Positions 50,846 to 63,300 of a stretch of 64,000 bases of DNA are shown in pieces (position 1 is the first letter of the stretch; the number at the start of each line of letters is the position of its first letter). The DNA comes from Octopus sinensis (lineage: Eukaryota). The DNA lies in assembly GCF_006345805.1 (NCBI RefSeq), contig NC_043011.1, positions 11,532,001 to 11,596,000 of the forward strand, given 5' to 3'. The notes under the pieces are model-generated. The model did not search any database. It saw nothing but the letters and a program-made list of their open reading frames with translations, and was not told where the DNA came from. A program made the position numbers and the translations under genes.

Positions 50846-51300
50846 TCATCATCATCATCACCATCGTTTAATGCCCGTTTACCATGCTAGCACGGCCTGG
50901 ATGGTTCAACCGGGATTTGGGAAGCCAGGAGGCTGCACCAGGCTCCAGTCTGATCTGGCAGTGTTTCTACAGCTGGATGCTCTTCCTAACGTCAACCACT
51001 CCGTGAATGTAGTGGGTGCTTTTTACGTGCCACCAGCACAGTTGCCAGGGGAGGCTGGCAGCGGCCACGGTCGGTTGGTGCTTTTTATGTGCCACCAGCA
51101 CGGAAGCCAGTCATGGTGGCGCTGGCATCAGCCACGTTCGGATAGTGCTTTTTTATGTGCCACCAGCACAGGTATCACAACTACAATTTCCATTTGATAT
51201 TTATTTATTTGATATTTATTTTGATGTTGATGTATTTGACTCAATAGATCTCCTCAAGCACAGCAGGTCACCCTACGATCCAAGGTAAGCACAGCAGATC
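50846..51300 (-). mobile_element. RTE 3'-end copy (family C)
   Basis: (CAT)n plus family motif with internal units. Confidence 0.85.
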
Positions 51301-51584
51301 ATTCTGCAATCTAGGGTACTTTGGATGGGCTGGGGCTGCTATGCGAAACTGATGCAGGAAACAGCCATGAACTCACGTTATTAGTCGGGTCTTCACAGTC
51401 ACAGCATCTCTCCAGAGATCTTGGTCTTTCGTCAGTGCCTCATAAACACCAAGTAGGTATATAATTTGCTATTTGAGCACATGTGCACTAAAACATGCAC
51501 GTGAATATGTTTGTATCTTTGTGGATGTTTGTGTGAGCCCTACAGAACTTAAGCCAGTGCGTTTATACATCCATATCTGTTAAT

Positions 51585-51979
51585 ACTCTTTACTCTTTTA
51601 CTTGTTTCAGTCATTTGATTGCGGCCATTCTGGAGCACTGCCTTTAGTCGAGCAAATCGACCCCGGGTCTTATTCTTTGTAAGCCCAGTACTTATTCTAT
51701 CGGTCTCTTTTGCCGAACCGCTAAGTGATGAGGACGTAAACACACCAGCATCAGTTGTCAAGCAATGTTAGGGGGACAAATACAGACACACACACATATA
51801 TATATACATATATACGACAGGCTTCTTTCAGTTTCCATCCACCAAATCCACTCACAAGGCTTTGGTCGGCTGGGGGCTATAGCAGAAGACACTTGCCCAA
51901 GATGTCACGCAGTGGGACTGAACCCGGAACCATGTGGTTGGTTAGCAAGCTACTTACCACACAGCCACTCCTGCACCTA
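51585..51979 (-). mobile_element. SINE family A
   Basis: Consensus match. Confidence 0.9.
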
Positions 51980-52274
51980 TATGGTTATATTTAATCCTTT
52001 TTGTTGCTGTATTGTGTATGTGTTTCGTTTTGCATCTGTTTTTACTATTCATCTATACATATAAGTTTACATTGGCAATTCTTTCTTGTATATTTTCTTG
52101 TCTTGGGATTCATGGTCAAACAGCTAGGTGGCTTTGCGCGAAAAATTACACAGATGTGTAGAACGATCCATTAGTGTTGCTGGGCTTTGTATTTTTTCCA
52201 TAGCTCCAAGATAATCTACTATAATAATGCTCGTGTTTATGAATGTGAAAGGAAGGGGTGGGGGTCATACTTGG

Positions 52275-53162
52275 TAGTGGGATGATGAAAATTGCATGCT
52301 GAAAAAATAAATCAAACAGCATTTCAACTCTGTATGAATATATGTGTGTGCATGTAAAAGGGGGGAGGGTATGTGAATATGTGTGTGTGTGGACACAATG
52401 GAAGTGGGATGGTTAACGTTCAACACTGAAAAGAAAAATCAAACAGCATTTCAACTCTGTGTATTTGGTATTTACTTATCAGCTCTTGTATTTAGTCACG
52501 GCCAACTTTATGTGACCTTAAGTTGGACAAGAAGGAAGAAAAACTTAAAATTCTTTTGAAGGAAACAAGCAGTCAAAGAATGTTAGTTGCCAATAGACTT
52601 TTCACAAGTTTGGTAGTAAAAGAATTATTAAACTAAAAACTTGGTTTTGTACCTATCTACTATAATAATACTCTTGTGTTTTTCTCAGTCACAACATATG
52701 AATGAGAAAGGAAGGAGTGATAGATGGACAAAGAAGGAAGGAGTGATGGCAAACTTCCTAGTGGGATGATGGAAGGTGTACAGTGAAAAAGATAAGTCAA
52801 ACAATGTTTCAACTCTGTGTGAGTTTATGTGTGTGTATGTAAAAGGGAGGTATGTGAATGTGTGTGTGTGTGTGTGTGCAATGGAAGTGAGATGGTGAAC
52901 ATTCAATGCTGAAAAGAAAAAATCAAACAGCGTTTCAACTCTGTGTATTTGGTATTTACTTGGCAGCTCCCGTATTTAATCACAGCCAGCTTTATGTGGC
53001 AGTAAGTCAAAAAAGAAGGAAGGAAAACTTGAAAATTCTTTTGAAGGAAACAAGCAGTCAAAGGATGTTAGTTGCAGATAGATTTTTCACAAAAAATTTA
53101 GTAATAAAAGAATTATTAAACCAAAATCTTGGTTTTGTACCTCATTTATATATAAAATACTA
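52275..53162. repeat. Diverged ~484-bp tandem duplication
   Basis: Units start at 52275 and 52759; shared AAATTCTTTTGAAGGAAACAAGCAGTCAAAG block and an internal sub-repeat. Confidence 0.8.
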
Positions 53163-53264
53163 AAATTAGCCATCATTTTTTACAGCACGAGCCCCAGCTG
53201 TCTTCTATAAAAATGAAACTGTATCCCTTAATTTGCTGCTTTTCTATACACAAACTGAGAAGTT

Positions 53265-53520
53265 TCTTGTGGAACAGTCTTTATTTTAACAAGATATATC
53301 TTGTAATCACCTGAAGAGACACATCTACACCGACAGATACTCTTAAACCAGTTGTTAAGTCTCCCATCGTGAGGGATCGATGTTGGATAGGTCAAAACAA
53401 TTGTAGTGATTAATGAACATTTTCATATCTTCCATCTCTCTCATTAAACAAACACTGAAAGTGGATATGCTTTACCGGTAAATTACCAGGTGTATACCAT
53501 ATGATTTATTATCTAATATA
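53265..53520 (+). mobile_element. Solo Penelope terminal-repeat copy
   Basis: Reverse complement of 33165-33425 (CACCTGAAGAGACACATCT, AAACAATTGTAGTGATTAAT). Confidence 0.7.
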
Positions 53521-53529
53521 TGTATATAT

Positions 53530-54558
53530 GTCTGCCAGATTCCCCTGGCACCTGTGCCGGTGGCACGTAAAAAGCACCCGCTACACTCGCGGAGTGGTTG
53601 GCATTAGGAAGGGCATCCAGCTGTAGAAACACCGCCAGATCAGACTGGAGCCTGGTGCAGCCTCCTGGCTTCCCAGACCCCGGTCGAACCGTCCAACCCA
53701 TGCTAGCGCAGAAGACGGACGTTAAACGATGATGATGATGATGATGATATATATATATATATATATATATAGTTATGGTATATTCTGTTAAGAACATAGT
53801 AGAGTACAGTGTAAAAGCTGTCCACTTTCAGAAAGGGTTATTATATTATTTTGCTAGGAAACAGGAAGGTTGGTGACAGGTGGAGCATCCAGTTGTAGAG
53901 AATTTGCCTCAAATAAACTCTGTCCAATGCAAACATGGAAAAGTGGATATTAAATGATATATCAAATGATGACATTAAATGTTGATATAGGCACAGGCAT
54001 TGCTGTCATCATCATCATCGTTTAGCGTCTGCTTTCCATGCTAGCATGGGTTGGACAGTTCAACTGGGGTCTGGGAAGCCAGAAGGCTGCACCAAGCCCA
54101 GTCTGATCTGGCAGTGTTTCTACGGCTGGATGCCCTTCCTAACGCCAACCACTCCATGAGTGTAGTGGGTGCTTCTTACGTGCCAGACGAGGCTGGCAAA
54201 CGGCCACGATTGGATGGTGCTTTTTACGTGCCACCGGCATGGGGGCCAGGCGAGGCTGGCAACGGCCACGATCGGATGGTGCTTTGTTTCAGAACCATGG
54301 GGTTATGGGTACAATGCCACTGCATGGATGCTATTGGGTAATGTCCTCTACTATAGCCACAGGTTTGCCTAAGCCTTGTGAGTGAAATTGGTAAAGAGAA
54401 ACTGAAGAAGGCATTTGTACACGTATCTATGCATAGCTGTAGAAACTCTGCCAAATCAAGACTGGAGCCTGGAGCAGCCATCTGGTTCGCCAGCCCTCAG
54501 TCAAAATCATCCAACCCATGCTAGCATGGGAAGCGGATGTTAAACGATGATAATGATG
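53530..54558. mobile_element. Three family-C copies in alternating orientation (53530-53748 +, 54006-54280 -, 54436-54558 +)
   Basis: Family motif and (GAT)n/(CAT)n tails. Confidence 0.8.
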
Positions 54559-54750
54559 CTTTGTGTTAAGTTTGTATTTCCTCTAGTTTTGATGTGTTTG
54601 CAAGCTCGTGCTTTCTTTGCAGTCTGTAAACAAATGCTTCACTATTCATACATCTAGGCTTCTCCTGTTCAAAATACTGGAGGATTATTACCTCTGTTTG
54701 GAAATAGGTGAGGGTTGGTGTCAGGAAGGGTATCTGGAGATTGAAAACTC

Positions 54751-55118
54751 GGATCTTTTCGGTTTGAACGGCAGTTTTTAACATAATTTCTAGGTAACTA
54801 AAAAATTTTAAACTTCGTATACTGGTAGAAACATCTTTTTCTCTTGGCTTTATTGAGAAAATTCTGTAGTTTGTAAGATATTTGTTGTTTTCTTTTCTGC
54901 AATTTCAACCAATCAATTACGTCTATTGAGGTAAAAAACATTCTGTGCTGTATGAATATGTCCCTCGTGTAAGAAAAAGATTGGGTTTATTTACATTTGT
55001 GAAGAAAAAAAATATACTCTTCCCCCCACCCCTAACCCTAAAACAGATATAAATGCAATAGATCGTTACTAGGCTCATAATTATGGGTGACAATTTCATA
55101 TGACACTGCTAGAAAAAA
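54751..55118 (+). mobile_element. MITE family G, nearly complete
   Basis: TIR-initiated; contains CCCTAACCCTAA; right part is the reverse complement of 56960-57330. Confidence 0.75.
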
Positions 55119-55391
55119 TTTTTCTCAGCACAGATGCATCCCACATATGTTCATCATTTGCTCTAGTTCTCTATTCCTGGGGTAGAGGCTCCTTGTTTGG
55201 CTCACGAAGCCTACCACTGGCATTCAGCCAAAGTCAACTCTGACTGCATATATCTATGATCAATGGGTATTCTACCTGTGATCATCCGTCGTCAGAGGTA
55301 TCCAAGATTGTTTATATAATGTGGCCCCCTTTTTTACGATGGCTGAGTATGATCATAAAAATTGGGGGCCATTTACAGTAGGTTGATAGGG

Positions 55392-55610
55392 GGCGGCGAG
55401 CTAGCAGAAACGTTAGCATGCCGGGCGAAATGCGTAGCCGTATTTCGTCTGCCGTTATGTTCTGAGTTCAAATTCCGCTGAGGTTGACTTTGCCTTTCAT
55501 CTTTTCGGGGTCGATAAATTAAGTACCAGTTACGTACTGGAGTCGATGTAATCGACTTAATCCATTTGTCCCCTCTGTGTTTAGCCCCTTGTGGGTAGTA
55601 AAAAAATAGG
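55392..55610 (+). mobile_element. SINE family B
   Basis: Consensus match. Confidence 0.88.
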
Positions 55611-55622
55611 AGGCATATGCCT

Positions 55623-56509
55623 CCTGACTTTGTTTTCTCATAACTCTGATAAAATGGAGACTAGGTTTCAGATGGATTAGAATACGATTATATCGGAATT
55701 TGTTATGAAAAGTATTTTCGAAGTTGGGCAGAAAGGGAGTTTCAGGTAATTCACACGCCTCCACTGTTGCCTTACTACTTTCCGAAAAATAGGTATTTTT
55801 AAATAAATTTTTTTACAACTACTTTTTAGATGGTGTAGAATAGGATTATATTGGAAATTAATGCGTAAAATAATATGTGGGTATGTATGGACATTTTGCG
55901 CACCTTGACTTTGATTCTTCATACGTTTTGATGATGTAGATTAAAAAAAAAGTCGAGAAAAAAAATTATATCCATAGCGAGGTGTGTGGATTAAGTGAAA
56001 CTTCCTACCGGCCTTTTAAAAAAATTTGCAGATTCTAATACAATTATAATCTACACCATCTCAAAGGTATTAGTAAAAAAATTATTAAAATATACTGAGA
56101 TGCAGCACGGATTTTTGTCAGTGAACAGGTCGCGGTCTCAAAGCGACGAAAATATTTTGACAAATTAAACTTAAATGTTGAAGTGAATCTAATGGTTTTT
56201 GTGTGTTTCTTAAATGGCTTACAAACACCTTCCACGCTGCAATTGTTTTCGTTCCAGCACACGATCTCATATCAAGTCACTTGCTATGCAAGTACATCTC
56301 CGTAATAAAATATACTCATTTTTATGAAAGTTTCAAGGAAACAAAGTTGAAGCGTGTGAATTATCCGAAACTCACCCACCTCCATAGAAATGTTCATAAC
56401 AAATTCCGATATAATCTATACTACGTCATCTGAAAAGCATTTGTAGGAAATTTCATGACAATAAATAATTGCCCATTTCTTTAAAAGTTATGAAAAAACT
56501 AAAGTCAGG
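55623..56509. mobile_element. Non-autonomous DNA element with long imperfect TIRs
   Basis: Arms ~55623-55775 and ~56335-56509, including a perfect 24-bp IR (55686-709 / 56393-416). Confidence 0.7.
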
Positions 56510-56637
56510 GGTGGTGCACCCTTCTATGATGCCGTCGACAGATTGCAAAGTGGTTCCATAATAATAATAAAGTTGGAAGAGTAATAAAGGAAACGAAAGT
56601 AGAGAAGAAAAAAGACGGTGGTGAACATGGTATTTAC

Positions 56638-56682
56638 CGATTCTTTGGGCGATCTCTGTGGTGTCTTCCCGAATAGTCCCAT
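56638..56682 (-). CDS. CHMP3: CHMP3/VPS24 (ESCRT-III subunit) coding exon 1
   Basis: ATG at 56682-56680; translates MGLFGKTPQRSPKES (human CHMP3 begins MGLFGKTQEKPPKEL); followed by donor GTAAAT; 45 nt, phase 0. Confidence 0.95.
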
Positions 56683-56689
56683 TTCGAAG

Positions 56690-56900
56690 TGTTTATGATA
56701 TTCACACCTTGTGTCACTGATCACTGTGCCCGCGACCACCGTGGAAACTTCCGTCTCCGCATGCGCAGAGAACGCAAGACAAGTGACGGAAGTTTTGCTA
56801 TTGTTGTCAGTTTCTCGAAGACGCGTCGCCATGTGCCGTTGTTTTGGTCGCAGTGACAAACAGGCATCGAATCAACTGGATTTCAGCCATATCCCACTTA
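56690..56900. promoter_or_regulatory. CpG-rich CHMP3 promoter/5'UTR region with ETS, NRF1-like and YY1-like motifs
   Basis: Local CpG enrichment; ACTTCCG 56747-53, CGCATGCGCA 56758-67, CGGAAGT 56787-93, CGCCATGT 56827-34, directly upstream of the exon-1 ATG. Confidence 0.6.
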
Positions 56901-56941
56901 TTTTCCTAAGACAACTAGCCATACAGAATTATTTGTTCTTC

Positions 56942-57495
56942 GGATCTTTTCGGTTTGAACGGCAGTTTTTTCTAGCGGTGTCGTATGAAATTGTCACCCA
57001 TAATTATGACCCTAGTATCGATCTATTGCATTTCAATATGTTTTAGGGCGGCGAGCTGGCAGAATCGTTAGCACGCCGGGCGAAATGCTAAGCGGTATTT
57101 CGTCTGCCGCTACGTTCTGAGTTCAAATTCCGCCTAGGTCGACTTTGCCTTTCATCCTTTCGGGGTCGATAAATTAAGTACCAGTTACGCACTGGGGTCG
57201 ATATAATCGACTTAATCCGTTTGTCTGTCCTTGTTTGTCCCTCCTGTGTTTAGCCCCTTGTGGGTAGTAAAGAAATATGTTTTAGGGTTAGGGGTGGGGG
57301 GAAGGGGATCTTTTTTTCTTCACAAATGTAAATAAACCCGGATCTTTTCGGTTTGAACGGCAGTTTTTAACATAATTTCTAGGTAACTAAAAAAATTTAA
57401 ACTTCGTTTAACTGGTAGAATGTGTTTATAAAACATCTTTTTCTCTTGGCTTTATTGAGAAAATTCTATGGTTTGTAAGATATTTGTTGTTTTTC
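56942..57495. mobile_element. Rearranged/nested MITE family G (56942-57339 minus, 57340-57495 plus) with SINE B insertion 57049-57273
   Basis: Two TIRs in direct orientation; SINE TSD AATATGTTTTAGGG at 57035-48 and 57274-87. Confidence 0.85.
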
Positions 57496-57952
57496 TTTAA
57501 TAGGAATAGTGGGGAACATCATAGCCATGGATTGAGAGGAATTCTTTGGGGTTTGGATAATACATGTCTGGAAACACGAATGTTTTGTTTAACATCTTTA
57601 AATAACCCTTATTCGGGGACATTTTGATTGATACAGGCTACCCAACCTCAAGGAAATTCTAACTGGGCCCCACCTGAGGTCATCATGTCATGTACATATG
57701 ATTGTGATGCATGTGTCTGACGTATCCTTATCAGACGAGTAGTCATGATGGGTATATCGAGTTTTGTATATTTGTACTCCAGTGTCACTTTGATGGCATG
57801 CACTGATCACTTACTCCATAATAATAGTAATGTTGATGACGATGATGATTTCTTTTATTAGCACAGGGGCAGAGATGAGCAGGACATCACTAAGGCAGTC
57901 TACAATCTGTGTCGGGCTTACACAAAAAATGAGGGGAAGGAATGAGAAACAT

Positions 57953-58230
57953 ATCATCATCGTTTAACGTCCGCTTTCCATGCTGGCATGGATTGGACGA
58001 TATGACTATGGGCTGGCAAACCAGATGGCTGCACCAGGCTCCTGTCTTGATTTGGCAGTTTCTACAGCTGGATGCCCTTCCTAACGCCAACCACTCCGAG
58101 AGTGTAGTGGGTGCTTTTACGTGCCACTGGCACAGGGCAGTACTGGCAACGACCTCACTCAAATCCTTTTATACATGCTACTAGCACAGGTGCCAGAAGG
58201 TGATTTTGGTTACAATCACGCTTGGATGGT
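57953..58230 (-). mobile_element. RTE 3'-end copy (family C)
   Basis: Family motif. Confidence 0.8.
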
Positions 58231-59109
58231 GCTCTTGGCACAAACATAGTGAAATGAAATAAAAGTGTACATAATATACAGAGTATATGATAACATAACT
58301 GATGCAGGAGAAACTACAAGTAGGGTCAATCGAGGAACCTCACAGATCCAGGATTACATTGATCATCAGAAGCATATGAGCCTTTGCCCAACTGTTGTTC
58401 TCCACTCTATAGGTGTTTGCTTAGAGTAGGTTCATTTTTGCTATAATCACCCACCTTTTCACAAATTTACTGGGAGGTAGCACTTCCCTCTCCATCCTCA
58501 CTTTCTTTCCAAGTGAAACCTGAAATAGTCAACGAGGGTTTTATTGAAGAGGAAGGTATATTTCTTCAATACTTTCAGCCTTCACCTCACAACCTCTTTG
58601 CCATAGTCTCTAGATAAAGAAACACCACCTGCCCTGCCTAGTTAACGGTGAGTGGTGGGGTGATCCTCAATGGATTTGGCCAATAGTTGGATTTGTCTTG
58701 CATGCGATAAAAGCTGTTTGACATAACTCTGCAAGCAAGCAATGCTCAGACTCTGCATGAGTATGTAGAGCACAGTTTCACTGTTCTGTGTGTATCTCAG
58801 GCAGTCCCAAATGGTGGCATTTCTATGCCTGCTGAGTTTATCTCAAACTAGCAGTGCTCCTTGGTAGCACTGCAAGGCCAGGGATTTCTGGAAGTCACCC
58901 ATAGTAGTGGTGGGCCCAAAAGCCCTCTAAAACAGACCAGGTAATTCATTCTCATCAATGCCTAGAATTTCTCCAAGAATGTTGTTGCCCTCACCCACCA
59001 ACTGTAATTATCTATGTACAAGTGTATTGTATCTTTGAAGTTTTTCATGGAATAACTAGTTGGGTTTCGGTAGTGTGGGTTATGGTCTAGTCACCCGTAT
59101 TGTAAATCA

Positions 59110-59745
59110 GGTGGTTCATGAAGGAGTCATACTCAATGACTGGTGTAGCAGTACTATAGTCAACTGCTACAAAGGTAAAGGTGATGCCTTTGATAGAAAT
59201 AGCTACAGAGGTATCAAATTGTTGGATCAGGTGATGAAAGTTACAGAGAGGGTCATAGCCCAACTAATTAGGGAGAGAATTAGTCTAGATGAGATGCAGT
59301 TTGGTCTGGTAAGGCAACTGCAAGAGAAATACCTAACCAAAGATAAACCTCTGTGCTTGGCTTTTGTTGATTTGGAGAAAGCTTTTGACAGTGCCCCGTC
59401 TCTTATCTGGTGGTCAATGTGGAAACTAGGGATAGACAAGTGGTTGGTGAGAGCCATACAAGCCTTGTACAGGGACACTACCAGTAAGGTGAGGGTGGGC
59501 AACAAGTACAGTGAAGAATTCAGGGTACAAGTTGGGGTTCACCAAGGATCGGGGCTCAGCCCTCTCTTGTTTATCATAGTCCTCCAGGCAATAATGAAGG
59601 AATTCAAGATAGGCTGCCCCTGGGAGCTCTTCTATGCTGATGACCTTGCTCTTATAGCTGAATTACTACCTGAACTAGAGAAGAAGCTCCAGGTAATCAA
59701 AGGGCCTCAGAGTTAACATAGCAAAAACCAAAGTCATAGTAACTC
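59110..59745 (+). mobile_element. RTE LINE reverse-transcriptase fragment
   Basis: YKGKGDAFDRNSYRGIKLL, FVDLEKAFD, GVHQGSGLSPLLF, YADD; internal deletion. Confidence 0.9.
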
Positions 59746-59859
59746 ATCCACTCATATAGGTTATGCTATTGTGGCATTGTAATAGAGGGCTGCCCTTTTT
59801 GAAAGTAGCTTCATCAGTGGATAGGTTGGAAACACACCTGCAAATACTGTTGACTAATT

Positions 59860-60500
59860 GCTTAATTAATGATGGTGGATGGTTATTAATGTCTTGGAAA
59901 TTAACTTCTTAAAGGTTAGTGTTAACTGTAGTTTTTAGGTTTAGTTGACTAAATATTTTGCATAATTTTTTCCTTATCTTATCCATATCATGTCCATTTT
60001 TGTTATGCACTACTCCGAGATCATAATCCCAATATAATCCTGTGTTGGCTTCTTTTATTTCATTTTGAAGGACATGTAGGATGTAAAAGCCAACTAGATC
60101 CACTATATCTGTTCCATTGTTGATCCCCATAGTGACATCAAATAGCTAATCTCCATTCTTTTTCACCCAGTAAGCAATTCAATATAATGGCTATATTGGT
60201 GTTAGTGATGGTTGTCTATGCCTGAATGCCTTCTGGAGATTGGAAGGGTAAAACTCCATGATGTCAAACTGGACGAATTTCATTTGAGCTTATCTTCAAT
60301 TTTCTTGAACCATTCAATGGTTGTGCTGTTACATATCCATTGAATAAGGTTTAAGAAAGCTCTTAGGTATCATATGATGTTATTTAATATAGAGTTGCTG
60401 ATAATGCCTGTTTTGCTTTTTATATGATGTATTAATTACAGTAAAGGTTTTGTGCAAAATTGTCATTGTAGTCCTTCAGGGTTACAAAAGGCTTTTGTGG
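59860..60500 (-). mobile_element. Penelope-like RT fragment
   Basis: MGINNGTDIVDLVGFYILH...GLYWDYDL resembles the PLE MGSYDGAEVCELVG...GLYRDD motif. Confidence 0.7.
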
Positions 60501-60541
60501 CATGAATTGCTATTAAGTTTCATGGCTAGTGATATGGATCA

Positions 60542-60883
60542 TCTCTCTATATATAAATGGCAAAATGTCTGTGTGTGTGTCCTTTATACAAATCCACAAT
60601 TTTTCAGTTAGAGAACTCGCACTTTCTTTGGTCATTCAAAACCGTCCAAAGGTGGTCGTGCACATCTTTACATTTCCCTGGTCACCCCACAAAGCAATTT
60701 TTTGTGAATTTTATATCCAAAACCCAATCAAAATGCCCGAAACTTGATACGTCAATTGAATGCCAGTTAGCTGTATGTGACTGGTCGGAGATTTGGACAG
60801 TACTCGCGTGTATGTGCACACGCACGCATCTGTATATGCATGCACTAGCACTATCACCCGGCGTTGCCAGGTCATAGTGCTAG
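60542..60883 (+). mobile_element. Non-autonomous Helitron family H2
   Basis: TC start; terminal hairpin ending in CTAG. Confidence 0.78.
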
Positions 60884-61619
60884 CTTTTTATATTATTGAT
60901 TAGCAGATTATGTGTGCAGTTGTTTACCACACATAAACATTTTTAGTTTTATCTGCCTTCATAAATGTGTTTGAAGACTTCTTAAAAGGTTCAATAAATG
61001 CTTATAATTGCTGTTGGAAGCTATTAGATCTATGGTTGATTATAACATTTTAAATTAATTTCATGGGGTTGTTTTCAACTCTATCTAGAGTGTTAATATG
61101 TAGTGGGTTTTTGTAAGATCTGAAATTGTAACTAACCTCCAAACTTAGATTGGATGAACGTAAACAAAATGCATGTCGCAGGTGTGTGTATGTGTGTATA
61201 TAAATGTATGCACATGTGTGTATGCATGTATACATATATGTGTGTATGTATGCGTACATACATATATGTATATATTTATTAATATAGACATTCCAGCTTA
61301 AAATGATTAAAGAATTAATCTGTGGTGAACACAGTTTCTTGCATAAATCGAAGGCTAATGCAAGGGAGATAACAACATTTTCTTAGAGTTACCTCCCATG
61401 ATCAGTGTATTTCAAAATGCTGTTCAGTCTCATGCAACTTCCTGAATTCTCATCCAAAATGGAGATGAGTATCAACACTTCCATGTTGAATACTTGAACA
61501 ATTGTGAAATTTTTTTACTGAAACCATTGGTTGCTTTGATGACCCACAAATAGAAAATATTTATCCACAAATACAGTGTTGAGCACTCATTCTCACTGTT
61601 TGATATTAGTATGCGTGCA

Positions 61620-61658
<39 letters not shown>

Positions 61659-62339
61659 ACAAAATAATAAATAAAACATATGCATATATACATACATATA
61701 TGTATGTACCTACATCTATATGTATATATACATGCATATTAGGGTACAGGACACAAAAAAAAAACGTCAAACACAATGAGAAACGTAAACATAAAAACAA
61801 AACGAAGGAAATGGACATTTTTCTTAAACAACGAAAAAACAGAGTACAAGACATACAACACAAGGAAAATTCCCTTTCTTCAGCCGCCTCTGTTTCATCT
61901 ACTCTGCATTTCGAAGGTAAAGGCAAGACACGACTTTTTTGAAACAATCCTTCCCGCGAAGTAAATTAAATAAAATTTGAGATTTTTTCAGTAAGCACAT
62001 AAATGCAAAGCTGTGAAAACATTACAAAACTGTTACTCAGAGTTTCACATTTCTGTTGGTCAGACAGTTGTGATCAGGAGTGGAATAAAATTGTGATGGT
62101 ACATATAATATATGGTTTGATATAATGCTATTTGACAAATGAGCATTTGAATTTGATTGGGTAACTTATTTTCAAAATATAAATGGTGATGTATTCACTA
62201 ATTGTTGGGAAGGTTGAAGGTGTATAAAATATGAATATATTATATTATATAATATCATTAAAACCTTGAGTGAAGAAAAGAGTGATGCATGTCCAGAAGG
62301 GGTTAATTAATAATTAATAGAGGTGCAAGTTTGTTTTTC

Positions 62340-63085
62340 ATCATCATTTAACGTCCTCTTTCCATGCTAGCATGGGTCGGACGGTTCAACTGGGGTCTGG
62401 GAAGCCAGAAGGCTGAACCAGGCCAAGTCTGATCTGGCAGTGTTTCTACAGCTGGATGCCCTTCCTAACGCCAACCACTCCGTGAGTGTAGTGGGTGCTT
62501 TTTACATGCCACCGGCACAGGTGCCAGATGAGGCTGGCAAATGGCCACGATCAGATGGTGCTTTTTATGTGCCAAAATTAAAAACCATGGATTGAAGAAT
62601 TTTTTAGGTTGAAAAGTCAGTGTATGCTGCATATATACACATACATACAAGTATAAAGATGAGGTGGAGAAAAGTTACATTGCATTGAAATTCACCAAAA
62701 ACATGTAATTTTTTTCCTTGTAACACCATGTGCTACCTTTTTAGATTTAGTTAAATTCAGCTTACTGACTTATTTCCACGTTTTTTTTAGTTTACAATAA
62801 TAATGTCACTACCCGTGTCCAACTGCATTTTAACACTTATATTTCTGATCTTCACTTTCATGAATTTTCTTATCATTATATTGTTAATTTCTTCCAATCA
62901 TCATCATCATCATCGTTTAACATCCACTTTCCATGCTAGCATGGGTTGGACGATTCGACCGGGGTCTGGAAAGCCAGGAAGCTGCACCGGGCCCAGTCTG
63001 ATCTGGCAGTGTTTCTACAGCTGGATGCCCTTCCTAATGCCAACCACTCCGAGAGTGTAGTGGGTGCTTTTTATGTGCCACCTGT
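62340..63085 (-). mobile_element. Two family-C copies (62340-62575 and 62899-63085)
   Basis: (CAT)n plus family motif. Confidence 0.8.
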
Positions 63086-63300
63086 ATATTCTTAAGAAAT
63101 TTGTCAGTGCTTTGTCATTGCTTAATTCATTCCTTGCTTTTCTTAATGCACTCTTAAAGGTGTCCACAAATCTTTTTACCTGCCCGTTTGACCTTGGGTG
63201 GTAGGGTGAAGTGAAAATATGCTTTATCATATGCCTTTCTTAAATTCCCCAGAGAACTGCATTCCATTGTCTGAAACTAGCATATCAGGGATACCTAATT
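63086..63300 (-). mobile_element. Gypsy integrase fragment
   Basis: GIPDMLVSDNGMQF and HIFTSPYHPRSNGQVKRFVDTFK (rve core). Confidence 0.8.

Noticed and set aside
56711-57046. Divergent plus-strand protein gene from the CHMP3 promoter
   Set aside because: The ORF runs into a MITE, has no recognisable domain and no convincing donor or downstream exons
59060-59716. 218-aa ORF as a host gene
   Set aside because: It is an internally deleted RTE reverse-transcriptase fragment
61870-61960. Hammerhead-like GAAA...CTGAAGA on the minus strand of a TA-associated repeat
   Set aside because: Stems II and III and a correctly placed UH cleavage site could not be built
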